A DNA stretch of 64,000 bases, from the NCBI GenBank assembly GCA_964106915.2, contig OZ066916.1, one strand, 5' to 3'. Of this stretch, positions 1 through 13,988 are shown piece after piece; position 1 is the stretch's first letter; each line of letters begins with the position of its first letter. The stretch is from Podarcis gaigeae (taxonomy: Eukaryota). Below the pieces are notes generated by a model that saw only the letters and a program-made list of their open reading frames with translations, was not told the origin of the DNA and did not search any database. The position numbers were made by a program, and so were the translations under genes.

Positions 1-1262
1 TGGGAATTGTAGTCCAAAAGCAGCTGGAGACCCAAGTTTGGGAAACCCTGGATTAAACGAACAATAAAAAGGAATAGGCTTTATTGTCCTTCCGTCTATG
101 GTGTGGTGTAGTGGTTAGAATGATGGATTGTGGGAGCTGGGAGTCTTGGGGTAACCCCCCTTCTGATCCACTAAGATCACTGGATTATCCTGGGCCAGAA
201 ACTTTTTTTTTAAAACCCAAATAATTTTTATGGCTTTTCATGTAAATACAAGAACAACATATAGCTCCAGTAACTTGTCCAGTGGTACATTCTTATTAGG
301 TTTGATATGCAGTACACTATACAAGCAATACGTTTATTTATGCATTGTCAATTCAAGTATCCTCTTCACAGAGATTTTTGTAGTAACTTTCAACCTAACC
401 TTCCTGACTGGGTTTTGTTGTGAGGAGAAAATGGGTGGGTGGGGATTGTGTTCCTAAATAACCAGTTTTGAAAAGATATATTGTATTTTTAGTGGGAATC
501 ATATTTTGCATGGACCTCTGAGGCGGTTCCTTGTATTTGATGTTGTGCTTTGCTGAAGAACAATGTATTACATAATATGTCTTCAGGGTTTTTGCAGTTT
601 TAAAGGTAGCTAGTGCTTTTATGGAATTTGTGGTCACCATGCATTTCTCATGGTGCAGAAACTGAGCAAAATTCTGTGTCAGCTAAGCTTATCTTGCAAT
701 GCTTGTATATGTATATTAGGAATGTATGTATATATTAGGGTCCTGTGAAACACACATTTATATAATTTGGCTAATTAAAATGAAATACTGCTCCAGAATC
801 ACTGTCAGATTTTATAAATTCTTATGGTTCTACTTGCTCTATATTGCTTTTAGCATCATGATAACCAGCATTCTGCATTCTTGCAGTATAGTTATCCTTG
901 AGTTGCTTTAATCCAGTGCTTTTTCTGGGGGTCCTCAAGAGTGTGCACTACCCACACCTTTTTTTCTGGAAGAAAAGCACTGCTTCAGCCCGTTTGCAAC
1001 ATACCACCTCTTGTTGAATCCCCCCCCCCATCTTTAATATTTTGTTTTTAATCCCCTGTTTTTACAGCAGCATTACATGACTAACTTGTTAAAAGTGTGA
1101 TCTTAGCTCCCATCTCCACCAATTTAAATGTGTTGTCGGCTTTTAAAACTGGCACCTGCTGACTTGACAGATTTCTCTGTTTTAAAAGTTGCAGTCCTAA
1201 TTTTGTGCATGTGTTGTTGTTTTAATAAGTTTTAATAAGTGGCATTTATTGCTGTTTGTGTG

Positions 1263-1610
1263 GGACGCAGGGGGCACTGTGGGTTAAACCACAGAGCCTA
1301 GGGCTTGCCGATCAGAAGGTCAGTGGTTCGAATCCCCGCAATGGGGTGAGCTCCTGTTGCTCGGTCTCTGCTCCTGCCAACCTGGCAGTTCGAAAGCACG
1401 TCAAAGTGCAAGTAGATAAATAGGTACCACTCTGGTGGGAAGGTAAATGGTGTTTCCGTGCGCTGCTCTGGTTCGCCAGAAGCGGCTTAGTCATGCTGGC
1501 CACGTGACCTGGAAGCTGTACGCCGGCTCCCTCGGCCAATAAAGCGAGACAAGTGCCGCAACCCCAGAGTCGTCTGCGACTGGACTTAACGGTCAGGGGT
1601 CCCTTTACCT
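1263..1610 (+). mobile_element. Sauria SINE (full length)
   Basis: tRNA-like head with B box GGTTCGAATCC, ACCTTT tail, 15-bp TSD TTTATTGCTGTTTGT at 1245-1259 and 1611-1625. Confidence 0.9.
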
Positions 1611-2175
1611 TTTATTGCTGTTTGTACATTGGTTCACTTGCAGGGAAATTTGAGGCAAGAATTTGACTGTGTGGCTTTAACCCTTATAATCAGCACTGCA
1701 TAACTCTGGGCATGACCCATTCTCCTCTACGTGTAGAAGAGGGGATCTCCCCCAACTTCAGTCTTTCCTCTTCCCTTTTCTCATAGCCCTTATGCAGCTA
1801 CATTCACACTGCAGTGCTGGGCTGCTATGGCCTTAAAAATATACTGTAGATCCATGTAGCCTTCTCTTTCCCATAGAGATACAAGAAGGCTACTCTTCAG
1901 TGGACTAGTCGTTGCACATGTCCTTAGTCATAGAGGAATCTGCTTATGTGAAGCATTGGAAACTGCCATCTATAGAGTGACACTGACTGACAATGGTTTT
2001 CCAGTTACTAACCCACAAGGTCTACCAGAGATTATTCATTCATTGATTTTATGTGTCTGCACCCCCCTCCCAAATAAATCATGCTCACAGCAGCTTACAG
2101 CAAAGCAAAGAGGGAAATAGTTCAAGCAAGCACTACAAATCAATTTCATAATAATATATGAAATATAATGCAATA

Positions 2176-2417
2176 CAGTGGTACCTCGGGTTAAGTACTT
2201 AATTCGTTCCGGAGGTTCGTTCTTAACCTGAAACTGTTCTTAACCTGAAGCACCACTTTAGCTAATGGGGCCTCCTGCTGCTGCCGCGCCGCCGGAGCAC
2301 GATTTCTGTTCTCATCCTGAAGCAAAGTTTTTAACCTGAGGTACTATTTCTGGGTTAGCAGAGTCTGTAACCTGAAGCGTATGTAACCTGAAGCATATGT
2401 AACCCGAGGTACCACTG
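2176..2417. mobile_element. Tc1/mariner (Tigger-like) MITE, family A
   Basis: TIR CAGTGGTACCTCGGGTTA and TA target duplication. Confidence 0.88.
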
Positions 2418-5400
2418 TATACTGTAATATACTGCAAAACAACACAGTAACGATTTCATAATTACGTAGCAAAACAATTGTTTTGTTGTTGGCACCCATC
2501 TGTCTCAAGAGAGAATGGAGTGTGTCTCTGGGGGTGAAGTCAAACTGCTGTGATAGTAGCATCAAAGTGACGTCCCCGGGGTACAAGGCTAGGTAGTGTG
2601 CATGGAGGTCCTGAGCTGCCCAGATGACAAGACTCCTATCTCGGCCTTGCTGATGTGGTTCAAAGGAAAGCGGAGCAATACGTTCAGCACCAGCTTGGCT
2701 GCAGGAGTTGCCCGAAGGAGGCATACAGGGCACCATCCAACCAGGACAGATGGGGCTCTTCAACCTAGGAAGGTAGCCCATCTAGGAGAAGGAAAACTCT
2801 CCTAAACCTCTGCTGCCTTGTGGGATAGCTTCAGGAGAAGAGAGCCCTACACAAATCTGGAGTGGAATCCCTATAGCAAGTACAACACACAAACCCCCAC
2901 ATTTCAATGCTATAAATGTAACAAGATTACAATATGCAGCACCCAATAGCAAAAATAACAGGAGCTTCAGTTTCAGCTGGGGGCCTTTTACATGCAAGGC
3001 ATGTGCTCTGTCACTGAATCAAGGCCCTTTTCCTGCATAGGCCTCCCATTGTAGGTATTGACTGGCACATTGTGATACGTGTTTGAACCCATTTTTTAAA
3101 AAAATCAACAAAGATTAAGAAAGAATAGCATGCCAAATAGACAGGGTTCGAAATTAGCAGGGTGCCAGGCGCATTTTGTGCCTAAAGATTCTTCATTTGC
3201 AAGAACCTCAAAAAGTCTGGGTGCCCTTTTTTGCACCTGGCCGATACTCAAATATTACTGAAATATATGTGCTTTGAAGTCTCGAAGTATATGTTAAGGA
3301 TAAACAATATGTTAAGGTGTTTAACAATAAAGAGTAGAATGATTTGAAAACTGAAGCATGGTACCAATATTTTTATTGTAAACACCAGATTCAACATGTA
3401 TTAACAATTTCTGCTAAAAATGTGATATTAACAATGTGTCACTTATGTGAATTTGGGTATTAATTCATGCTTATCAAAATAATAAATAAAAAGTGTTGCT
3501 GACACCCCCCCAGTGGTGACTAGACATTATGCTTTGGCACCCACAACTCAGGTCCCAGAAGCCATTTGGCCCCTAGCTTTTCTATCCCAGTTTCTAACAC
3601 TACATATAGACATTTCTAGTGTTGCTTGCTGTACAGCTGCCTCCTGGCCTGCTTGATCCAAAAGCAAAACATTATTGAGTTTTTTGGATTTCCTTTCCAT
3701 GCAAAGCCATCTTTGAGAAAGCACCGGATTGCACATCAAAAGGTTGGGGTGGGGGATTCTATCGGAGGATGTTCATGCCATTAAAAAAAATGGTTTGCTT
3801 TGGTTTTTACAGCTCTGACTTCACCCTTCCTATGGAAGTGCTTGCGTTCCTACAGTATGTACAGTATGAACATGTTGCTATTAATATATCCCTTGTGGCA
3901 AGGGGTGGCCTGGGCAGAACAGCATGTGTGAAAAGAGATCTTGTGCTAGGAGGTGACATGAATTTTGGATTGAGTCATTCTTCCCCATCTGTCGGGGCTC
4001 CCTGTGCAGACGCTCCCCGCGGGTTGAGGTAAGCCAACATGGGTCACAACTAGGCCCTCTAATGGTGCTCTTGTGTTTATATTAAGCACCAGCATGACTT
4101 CCCACCTTCTGGGCTCATCCCACTTTAGTTCTGTAAATATTTTTGCTGCTCATATCTATTGTTGGCACAGAGACACCAGCTGAAAGTTCTCTTAAGCCTT
4201 TCATTGCATATATGGCTTTGTGCCAGTGAAAGCTAAACCTAAGCATCTTGGCCTCTTTCGCTGCCTGGGGCAGATTCTCCCCTACCCCATCCCCAGTAAT
4301 AACTGATGTTTTTCTTTAAGCTAGGCAGGAATTTCCACAAGGCAGGCTTTTGCCACTGCTGTAAACCAGAGGGTACTTTGTTTTCTGCCATTTTAGCACA
4401 CGCCATCCTGTCTTGCTTCTCAGAGTCTCCCCGTCCTGCTCCAGCATGCCTCTTCAGCTAATCCATACAGGATGCACATTTCTGTCGTGGTGCTGTTGAT
4501 TGTCTTCAACAGCCATGCCAAGTTTTCCAGCATGAAGTGGCTGCTGTTAAAATATTTATCTGCCATTTAGTTGGCAGGTGGCATTTCAGAGTTCTGTGGT
4601 TACATCCCCCCCCCCCCTGAATCAAGCAAAGCTGGAAATGATGATTTGCACATGAGGTGAAATTGTGTATAATTTAGACGCACCGGGAAGGGTGGCAGCT
4701 GCGATAGAGATTGCTAATTGAGAATTATAGGAGTAGCTCTGATCCACAGATTTAACATCTTCATGTCAAGTCTAGAGTATTTTTGTGAATGAGACAAATG
4801 CAACACAACACCTTCTGCTTGTGAATTTCTGGATTGAATGTCACCCCAAATGTGAATAAATTATTATAAGAAAATTAGTATTTCGCTACCCACAGTGTGT
4901 ACTATTGTTGTCTTCTCCCACAAATGTGTATGCAGCCATTTTGGGAAGCCTAGTCATTTGAAAATGTCTTTGTATTCCTGTTGTCTTCAGGAAGCTGCCA
5001 ATCTTCAAATGTAGCATTGGTGTTATTATGAAGCAGAAGTTGTATTGGTGATCTATCAGTTGATGACATTCAAGCAGCCTCTGAATAGACTCGCCCAGTA
5101 AGGGCCAGCATTGACCCATGACCTCCTAACAGTAATCCTATGGTTCATTCCTTCTCTTAACCAGGCCAGCAGCATAACCCAAAGATATTTTACTGAAGCT
5201 AAGCAGGTTTGGGTCTGTTCAGTGCCTGGATGAAATTGCCCAGTCAACCTTTGAGTGACACCTTTAGCTCCCCATTCAAACCATTGCAAGCAGTATTCCC
5301 TATTAGCAAGCCTAAAAGACAATGGTAATTCCTAGCACAAAAACCCTTGTCTCATTCTTGGGTAAACCGTTGTCTGTGAGACAGATGCAATTCACAGTGT

Positions 5401-8400
5401 TGAGAGATCCAGTCACAGATCTCCCACACAACATGCCTTTTTCTTCCTGTGTGAATTGAATCAAAGCAATTGTTTCATTAACAAATCAGGGGGGTTGTTT
5501 TCTTTACCAATGCTTGCTTGTGAAAGGATAGCTCTGGAAATGGCTATATATCTTTGGGTAACTTTACTACTTCACAAGTTTGTATGGAGGTCTAATCTTC
5601 CTTGGGGTGAGAAGTAAGATACAAAAGTGATAGTTTGGCTCCCCTTTGCCTCCCTCCTGCCTTCCTGATGTCTCTGGCTGAGATACAGTCCAGCAATTCT
5701 GGTTATGTAGTCTGCCTTACCCTTCCCTGCATTTTTCAGGTGGGCTGTTGTCCTTTTTTTATTACTATTAAAATGACACACCTGTACATCTTAAAGCAAC
5801 AACAAAAATCATTTGTCATCTTATTTGTAAAAAAAAAAGAAAGAAAATAATGAAAACACATTTTTAAATGCTACAAAATTGCTCTGGTGAAAGGGCCATC
5901 TAGAGTAGCAGAAGCTGTTTCCCAAAGTTCATCCCTGGAGAGGTTTGTCTGTCTGTCAAGAACATAAAAAATGCTTCCAAAACACAAACTCTCCTCTTTT
6001 TACTTACCTTTTAGGCATACTCACAGATGACCAGCACCCCCTCCCCTTGTGAGCTTGCTAACCTCAGGATAGCATGCTTGCCTCTGTTATCTTGCCAAAT
6101 AGTTAGGGGGATTGGAAGCCCTCATCAGGTGCACGCGTATGTGTGGTGAAATTGCTATATACCCACCCAGAGATTGCATTAAAGCTAGGAAACAATAGAC
6201 CACCTAGGACTCTGATATGTGGCTTTGACTGACCTTATTATCTAGATAAATGGAAAAATCTGAACTTTCTAATTTTGACAGGTTCAAATAAAAGTGTAGC
6301 TCCTTCTTTGCATATTTGCAAAACATGGTCTATAACATCATGTTTTCTGGCAGTGCAGATTAGGATTTCCTGAAACCCTAAAGCGTGTCTCTTGCATGGC
6401 TTTGTAACTCTCCTACACGTCTAGGAATCCATTAGGCTAATAAATAAATAACCGAGCAGCAGCTGCTCATAACCACAAAAATGAAAATACAGATTGCAGC
6501 AAGGCAAAATGTCGCAAGGGTTAAATCATATTTCTGAATCCTGCCACAAGCAGTATTCAGTAACAATAACGCATACCTCACATTAATATAGTCCTGAGTT
6601 TTCAAAACATTCTCCATACATTATCTCATTATTTCTCACAACAACATTTTCAGGTAGGATCATATTATCCCCTTCTTGCAGAAGACAGTAGGGGCTATGG
6701 CTTAGATATCACGGTTTACCCGAGACCCCCGGATGAGTTGATTGTGACTAGACTCTTTCTCAGATTGTGCTTTTTAGGCAGTTACGTTGCATTAGTGCTC
6801 AAGGTGGAATAGCCTCATAATTTGCTTAACCACCAAACTACAACTCTGTGCTCACGCTGCAATAGAAGGTGTCATCCATTTAACTGGTCTCATCAGCTGT
6901 GCATACCACATGTGCATTTTAAAGTGCCCAGTTGCTTGTTCGCTGTGTGCAACAAATCAAGACTGTCAGTCAACAGCTTTTGTTGATATGTTAAATGGAT
7001 ATCAGACTAGAGGACTATCAGTCCAGCTGGTTATTGGTATTGTTTCCTGCATGTGGTCTAGAGAGAATTGGAGATTGTCATAGTCTGGGAGGATCAATAA
7101 AATACTGTTACTATTATCTGTTGATCAGACTGTAGGCATTATCAGTGCCAAGAGAAAAGATGGCAGCTCCCTCCATTGTCACCATACTTGCATCCTCTTC
7201 CCAGCCCCAACCCAATGGCCTCACAGATGAGTGAGCAAAGGGCAAGTTGGCAGGTGAAATAACAAATACCGTATTTTTCGCCCTATAGAACACATCAGCC
7301 CATACGACGCACCTAGTTTTTTTGGGGGGGGAAATCAAGGAAAAAATTTTTATTCCCCCCCCCCCAGGTTTGCGCAGCCATCCCCAAGCTAGAAGAGGGA
7401 GACGGAGCCAAGCTTGCTTCTCTCCCCCCCCCCCCGCCAGCCTCCAGATCAGGTCCGGGAATAGCGGGATGGCAGCGTTGCGCCTGGGATGCTTGGCAAC
7501 ATGTTGTCATCTGAACGAGACCTGCAACCTCTCTCTTATTTCTTCTCCCCCTGCCTCACTTATTTGCTTGGGGTAGTGGGACGTCCACAGTTTATATTTA
7601 CATTTACTTATATTAAATCTTCTTACCAATGATACTAACACACAATAATCCATTCTAAGTATGACTGTGAATGTGTGACAATGCACACACATATCCTTCT
7701 CATTTGCTATGTTGTTAATTTCTAATATTCTTATATTGACCGGTGAATTGCAATTTATAATCATATTTGTTTGACTGTAACTTAGTGGCTGATAAGTCAT
7801 CATTATAAAGATTGGTTTGGATTGTTTATGCGTATATGAACACAATATAATCAACTGAGGAGAGTAAAATCTTTTTTTCAGCAAATAAAGGGCAGATGAC
7901 ATCAAATGGACTGGAAACGCAGCAATGTTAAGCATATTTTGACTATCCTGGTGAATTATTTGAAACGCTGTTCTGTAAAGTGAGCTCTGTCGCCACCCGA
8001 TTTCATCATATTCCCGTTTCAGGACCTAAATGTCCCAAGGCCTCTCGTAATGTTAATTACAGACACATTATCCAGTGCTGCAGGATTGCTGGTTGATGTC
8101 TCTGAAGCAAAGTTGTCAAAGCAGCCAAAGGCACAGGCTCAATGCAAAGTCCCTACGTGCTACATGGATCAAAAGAGGACATGAGTAGGAACATTTAACT
8201 TGCAAGCCTTGCAAAAACTTGCACTCGGTGACTGTCTGTGCTGGAGATGACAAGCAACTCAGAAGCCGAAGCCATATTGGGTTGTTAAAATGCTGATTGG
8301 CTCGCAGCAAGGACTATTAATAGCAAGTGGCAGAATAGTCATTCCCAAAATCACAACCGATAATGTATTCTTATTGCAATTGAGATTCGCAAAAATGAGA

Positions 8401-9372
8401 ATCTTACCTGGAAACAGGATGAGTGAATAACTTCCCCTGACCAGGTAAAGCACATACTCACTGTATTCAGAATAGAAGCAAAAAGGTCTGTGTTCCTGCA
8501 TTCCTTTAGACTGTGGTTCAAAACAGCTGCAGCTATATTTGGATTTTTGGCAGATGTTCATACTGTCTCTTTGCAGATAATTTTTTTTTCAAGTATCCTT
8601 GAGCTTCTGAGTTTCTGGGATGAGTCAGCATGTCACCAGTGCAGCTGTATATGGTACAGTTAAGCATCTCAGCCTTAATTGAGGTGTGACTGCCCTTCAG
8701 CCATATTATCAGTAGACAGTATTAGCTAAGGAATTAGTCATATGCTGAGCAAGATGTGATGGGGGGGGGGGCGCTGCTGTGTTTGATATTAAGCATGCTC
8801 CATTCACTTACAAGGAAGGGATATGTGGATAAGTGGAGTTGAAACTTTCCTGTCTTACTACTTCACATTCTGTCACCCCAGATGCTTTTTTTCCAAGGCC
8901 AGCTCAAGTCTAGCACTGGAACCATGTTTGAGAAAAAGTTTATTGAATGACATTAGCCAGGAAGGTAAGATGAGGGAGTGTTTGGCTCCCTCAGCCACAG
9001 ATCTCTTTCAAAGTAGAATGGACCAGTGAGGTGTCATGGTTACAGTGTTGGACTAGGGACTGGGAGACCAGGATTCAAATTCCTGCTATGCCATAAAGCT
9101 CACTGGGCGACATAGTGGTAGTCTGGTAATCACAGTTTCGCCCTAACTAACTAACTCTCAGTGTAGTTCTGAGGCTAAAATGGGGAGAAGGAGAGGCTAA
9201 ATGGGGAGGCTAAAATGGGGAGAAGGAGAACTATGTATGCCCTTTGAGCTCCTTGGTGGAAAGGTGGGCTATGAATGAACTGAGAGACATTACCCCTCTC
9301 TTTAGGCACCAGTGGGGCAGATACATAATTAAACGAGAAAAAGCTACCATGTCACATCTATTTTGACGCTTA

Positions 9373-9722
9373 AAGGTAAAGGGACCCCTGACCATTAGGT
9401 CCAGTCGTGACTGACTCTGGGGTTGCGGCGCTCATCTCGCTTTACTAGCCGAGGGAGCTGGCGTACAGCTTCCAGGTCATGTGGCCAGAATGACTAAGCT
9501 GCTTCTGGCGAACCAGAGCAGCACACGGAAATGCCGTTTACCTTCCTGCCGGAGTGGTACCTATTTATCTACTTGCACTTTGACGTGCTTTCGAACTGCA
9601 AGGTGGGCAGGAGCAGGGACTGAGCAATGGGAGCTCACCCTGTCGCAGGTATTCGAACCACCGACCTTCTGATCAGCAAGTCCTAGGCTCTATGGTTTAA
9701 CCCACAGTGCCACCCGCATCCC
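9373..9722 (-). mobile_element. Sauria SINE
   Basis: Reverse complement of the 1263 copy; TSD TATTTTGAC.CTTA. Confidence 0.9.
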
Positions 9723-11509
9723 TTATTTTGACTCTTAAGTTCCACTTAATTTTGGAAGCTCTTGGTGAGGTATATTTACCTATGGTTCTTCTAGTCTCTT
9801 GCCATGACATTTATTTGAAGGGGGATGAAAAGGGCAGGGAATAGGCTCCAGCAGAGCCTCTGGGCTTCTACTTCATTCAGACAATTCCAAGTATGGATCT
9901 CAAATGTCCAAATGTTTGTTCTGTTTATGCCACCTGCTAATGATAGCTTTTTCAGGTAGGAGAGGACAGAGAACATTAGGTTGCCCCTTCGTTAAGGCCC
10001 ACAGCATTGGAATATAATTGAGTAAAGTATGAGCAACTGAGAAATTTAAGGATTTCCCCAGGACCAGGTTAATATGTACTATGATACCCATCAAGAACAG
10101 GGCCACTACAGGGCATCACCCGATATCTCCCACAGCAAAGTTTTCCACTATGCAGATGGGGAACCCTCTATTTCCATGCCTTTATGTTGGGCATGGGGAA
10201 CCTGAAATCTGAACGTGGCCATTTAGGCCTCTCTGCCTGGCCCTCGGGACTCCCCTTAGGCCACACAATTACCCTTGCTCTGATCATGCCTCTTGCTTTC
10301 CTGGATGGAGGATAGAATATGTGTAGAAACTACCCTAATATACAAAGGTAAAGTTTACATTCATTGCTCAACCTAATTTTGCCTGTGGCCCCACCCACCA
10401 CTGATATGTGGTCCCTGGAAAGTTGCCCACAAGGGAATGCGGCCCCTTTGGACTGAACATGCTTCCTCACTTAAATGATGATCTCCCTTAAGTGATATGA
10501 TTCATTTTATGCTTAGATACAAAGACTTTTATTGGCTCCACTGGGCGCAGAGACACACCTGGCACTCATTTTGGTTGGCAGGAACACCCCATATATTTTG
10601 GGAATGCTAATGAAAGCCTTAATCCTTTTCCTATTTTTTCTGTCGCTTTGTGTGTGTTTGTTATGCTGTGTATATATGTGTGTGCCATTTCAACTAACGT
10701 TTTTTCGTGTTTCCACTGGTTTCTCTTGCACATTTCTTTTGTTTCTAGTGATGCTGAGTGTGGTCGCACTGGCCTTTAGTAGAAAAAGTTTATACATTAA
10801 GCAGCTGTCCACTGAAGTTTCTAGGCTTTGTTTCAACCTGCATAATGCAAGGTCAGACTTTACAGAGTGCATTCTGGCTTGCCAATTTCTATTTGTTCTT
10901 GATTTCAGGAACATGTGCTATTTGAAAGGGAAACATACTGGTATTGCTGTGCAATCAATTTGATTAAAATGTACGCACACGTTAGTTTAGAACAAAGGCA
11001 AGCAAGGGAGGGACATGACAGCAGTCTATAAAATTATTATTTATCCTTGTTTTCTCGCTTGGCTGACGCCTAGAATTTTAACTCTTTTCACATTAAAAAG
11101 TCCATCATGGCTCCCAAGCGTTTTGGCATAAATATACAAAATTCATATTCCAGTGTTTTTAAAAATTAAAAGCCTTTGTTGTTTTATTGGTAGCAGTAAT
11201 ATTGAGAACTTCTGCTTTTATGTTTACTTATTTGCTTGTGTCATCTTTTCCCTTGAATATATAAAGTGCAGCTTGTTTGTCTGTAACCAGATAGTCTTGT
11301 GTCGGCTGCCCTAGTTGCCAATTTGTCTGGATGACTCTGGGGGGTCTTCGCAGGCAACAGCATTGCTAGGAGGGTTGTAAGAAACTGGTCACTCATTCAT
11401 AGTCTGGAATTTGAAGGATAAATGCAGTCCTGTTATAGTGCAGCTGGAACTCTCTTGCAACAGACCAGCACCAAGGGAGCAAAATATTGCTTTTTTTGTG
11501 TCCAGCATT

Positions 11510-11847
11510 CGGGTGGCACTGTGGGTTAAACCACAGAGCCTAGGACTTGCCGATCAGAAGGTCGGCGGTTCGAATCCCCGGGGTGAGCTCCTGTTGCTCG
11601 GTCCCTGCTCCTGCCAACCTAGCAGTTTGAAAGCATGTCAAATTGCAAGTAGATAAATAGGCACCACTCCGGTGGGAAGGTAAACGGCGTTTCTGTGCGC
11701 TGCTCTGGTTCGCCAGAAGCGGCTTAGTCATGCTGGCCACATGACCCGGAAGCTGTACACCAGCTCCCTCGGCCAATAAAGAAATGAGCGCCACAACCTC
11801 AGAGTCGGTCACGACTGGACCTAATGGTCATGGGTCCCTTTACCTTT
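11510..11847 (+). mobile_element. Sauria SINE
   Basis: Same family as the 1263 copy. Confidence 0.9.
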
Positions 11848-12107
11848 ATTAGGTGACCCAAGGCTTGGTAGTGACCTCTAGGCCTGAATTACCACCACCC
11901 AGATAACTACAGTAACAAACCACTGTCATGGGGATATTGCAGTTAACCCTTAGAGGCCTCTGTATGTGGGTTTCCTAGCCTAGCCTTTAAAGACCAGCAG
12001 AGCATACCTGTTTTGTTCAGACTTCGGCAGCCATTTTTCAAATGTGCCACCATCTCAGAAACTCAGCAGACTTGACTGGAACAGGAGCTGTTTTTGTGTT
12101 CTGGCAG

Positions 12108-12220
12108 GAATGCTACAGAATGGAAAGAAGTTTGATTCGTCCCGAGATCGAAACAAGCCTTTCAGGTTCAAGATCGGCAGGCAAGAGGTCATTAAAGGAT
12201 TTGAGGAAGGTACTGCACAG
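12108..12220 (+). CDS. FKBP1B: FKBP12.6 peptidyl-prolyl isomerase, exon 3 (exons 1-2 not found in window)
   Basis: ag|GA ATG CTA CAG ... GCA CAG|gt, 113 nt. Encodes (G)[41 protein letters not shown] and FEEG (not WEEG) distinguish FKBP1B from FKBP1A; SF3B6 is adjacent as in human. Confidence 0.96.
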
Positions 12221-12393
12221 GTATGCAGAATTATGCTGATGCTCTTTTCAGAACTGATAGAACAAGTACAATAATGAGGGGTTAGCATCATAGGAAGGGT
12301 AGGAAGAGTGTCATATTTATAGTCTCGGAGCGGAGCGTAATGTGCATGAACTTGCATGCTGCTCTGAATATAAACAGCATTCAGCAGGATATG

Positions 12394-13220
12394 GCCGCTG
12401 TCCTGGGGCGATTTTAAAATGCTGGCGGGTGGCAGCGAAGCCTTCACTGCCGCCCGCCAGCATTTAAAAAACCCCGGGACAGCGGAGGAATTCTCTGCTG
12501 TCCCGGGGTGATTTAAAAGCCCCCGGGAAGGCAGGCAGGCAGGCAGGGGGGACAAAGACTTTTGCCCCCCGCCAGCCTTCAGAAGAGGTCCTGGACCTAT
12601 TCTGAAGGCCGGCGGGGGGCAAAAGTCTTTGCTCCCCCCTGCCTGCCTTCCCGGGAGAGCGGAGAAACGCAGCGCTGACCTCTTCTGAAGGCTGGCGGGG
12701 GGCAAAAGTCTTTGTCCCCCCTGCCTGCCTTCCCGGGGGCTTTTAAATCGCCCCGGGACAGCGGAGAATTCCTCCGCTGTCCCGGGGCGATTTTAAAATG
12801 CTCCCGGACGGCTTTTGAAGGCAGGCGGGGGGGAGCAAAGACTTTTGCCCCCCGCCGGCCTTCAGAAGAGGTCCAGGTCTTTGCTCCCCCCCACCTGCCT
12901 TCAGAAGCCATCCGGGATAGCGGGAAGCGCTTCCCTGCTATCCCGGACTGCTTTTAAAATGCTGGCGGTGGGGAGCAAAGCCTTTCGGCCCCCGCCGGCC
13001 TTCCTGGACCTCTTCTGAAGGCCGGAGGGGGGGGGGAGGGAAGGCTTTGCTCCCCACCGCTAGCATTTAAAAGAGGTCCCCGGAGATTTCCCTATGGGCT
13101 TTCTTCTTGCGAAGCAAGCCCATAGGGAAATTCGTTTTGTGAAGCGCCTCCAAAACGGAAAACCCTTTCGTCTAGCGGGTTTTTCGTCTTGCGAGGCGTT
13201 CGTCTTGCGGGGCACCACTG
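12394..13220. mobile_element. One-ended family-B mariner element with GC-rich internal repeat array
   Basis: The right end is the reverse complement of the start of the 54248 element; the interior consists of direct and inverted GC-rich modules. Confidence 0.75.
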
Positions 13221-13859
13221 TACTTTTAAGACTGCAGTTTTCCACCCTCATGTGTTTTACTCAGAGGTTCATTCCATTATGTTCAGTCATGCTTACACCA
13301 ATGAAATTGCTTCTAGGAGTACAGTTTCTTCCATCCTAAGACATCCAACCTCTCATTGATATCCCGCAATTAATTGCTTGCCTTGGTCAAGTGTCTGTTG
13401 GCTCCATCTAGTGGATTGTTGCATTGGGAATTACTGTGATGCCATTAATATATAATTCCCACCTGTTGGCAGATTGGCCAAAGTACCATTCTGCATAGCA
13501 CTACTGCAAATTCCTGCGTTCTTCTGGTGGTGTTTGGTTGCTAGATGGCAAGCATGAGGAACCTTTGGCTCTCCAGAGGTTGTTGGACTCCATTTCCTAG
13601 CAGCCCAGTAGTCGGGGATGATGGAACTTGTAGTCCAACAGCACCTAGAGAGCCACAGGTTAGTCGCCCCTCCGACATGGTATCTTGACCCCTATTACTT
13701 AAAAGATGGAGATTATGACCTGTGACTTCCTCACTGTAACCACTCTTTTTTTAAAGTACAGCACATCTTGAAATGCTTGCGTTGCTGACATGTTCTGATC
13801 TTTTCTTTTGCTTCTCGTTTTCTCTCTCCCATTTGCTATCGTTTTTTAAAAAATGCCAG

Positions 13860-13988
13860 ATGAGCCTAGGACAAAGAGCAAAGTTGACCTGTACACCTGA
13901 CATGGCGTATGGACCCATGGGGCATCCCGGAGTCATCCCTCCCAACGCTACTCTGATTTTTGACGTGGAGCTACTTAGGATAGAGTAA
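13860..13988 (+). CDS. FKBP1B: FKBP1B exon 4 (last coding exon)
   Basis: cag|ATG AGC CTA ... GAG TAA, 129 nt. Encodes [42 protein letters not shown]. Confidence 0.96.
   Translation: MSLGQRAKLTCTPDMAYGPMGHPGVIPPNATLIFDVELLRIE

Noticed and set aside
1263-1345. tRNA genes at GGTTCGAATCC motifs
   Set aside because: These are SINE heads that continue into SINE bodies with TSDs.
1-12107. FKBP1B exons 1-2 or another gene in the first 12 kb
   Set aside because: No GRTFPKKGQTCVVHYT-like exon was found; the ORFs are short and repeat-derived, so the region is treated as intron 2.
12055-13339. Long ORFs of up to 216 aa
   Set aside because: They arise from the GC-rich repeat array and the antisense strand of exon 3; no protein-family signal.
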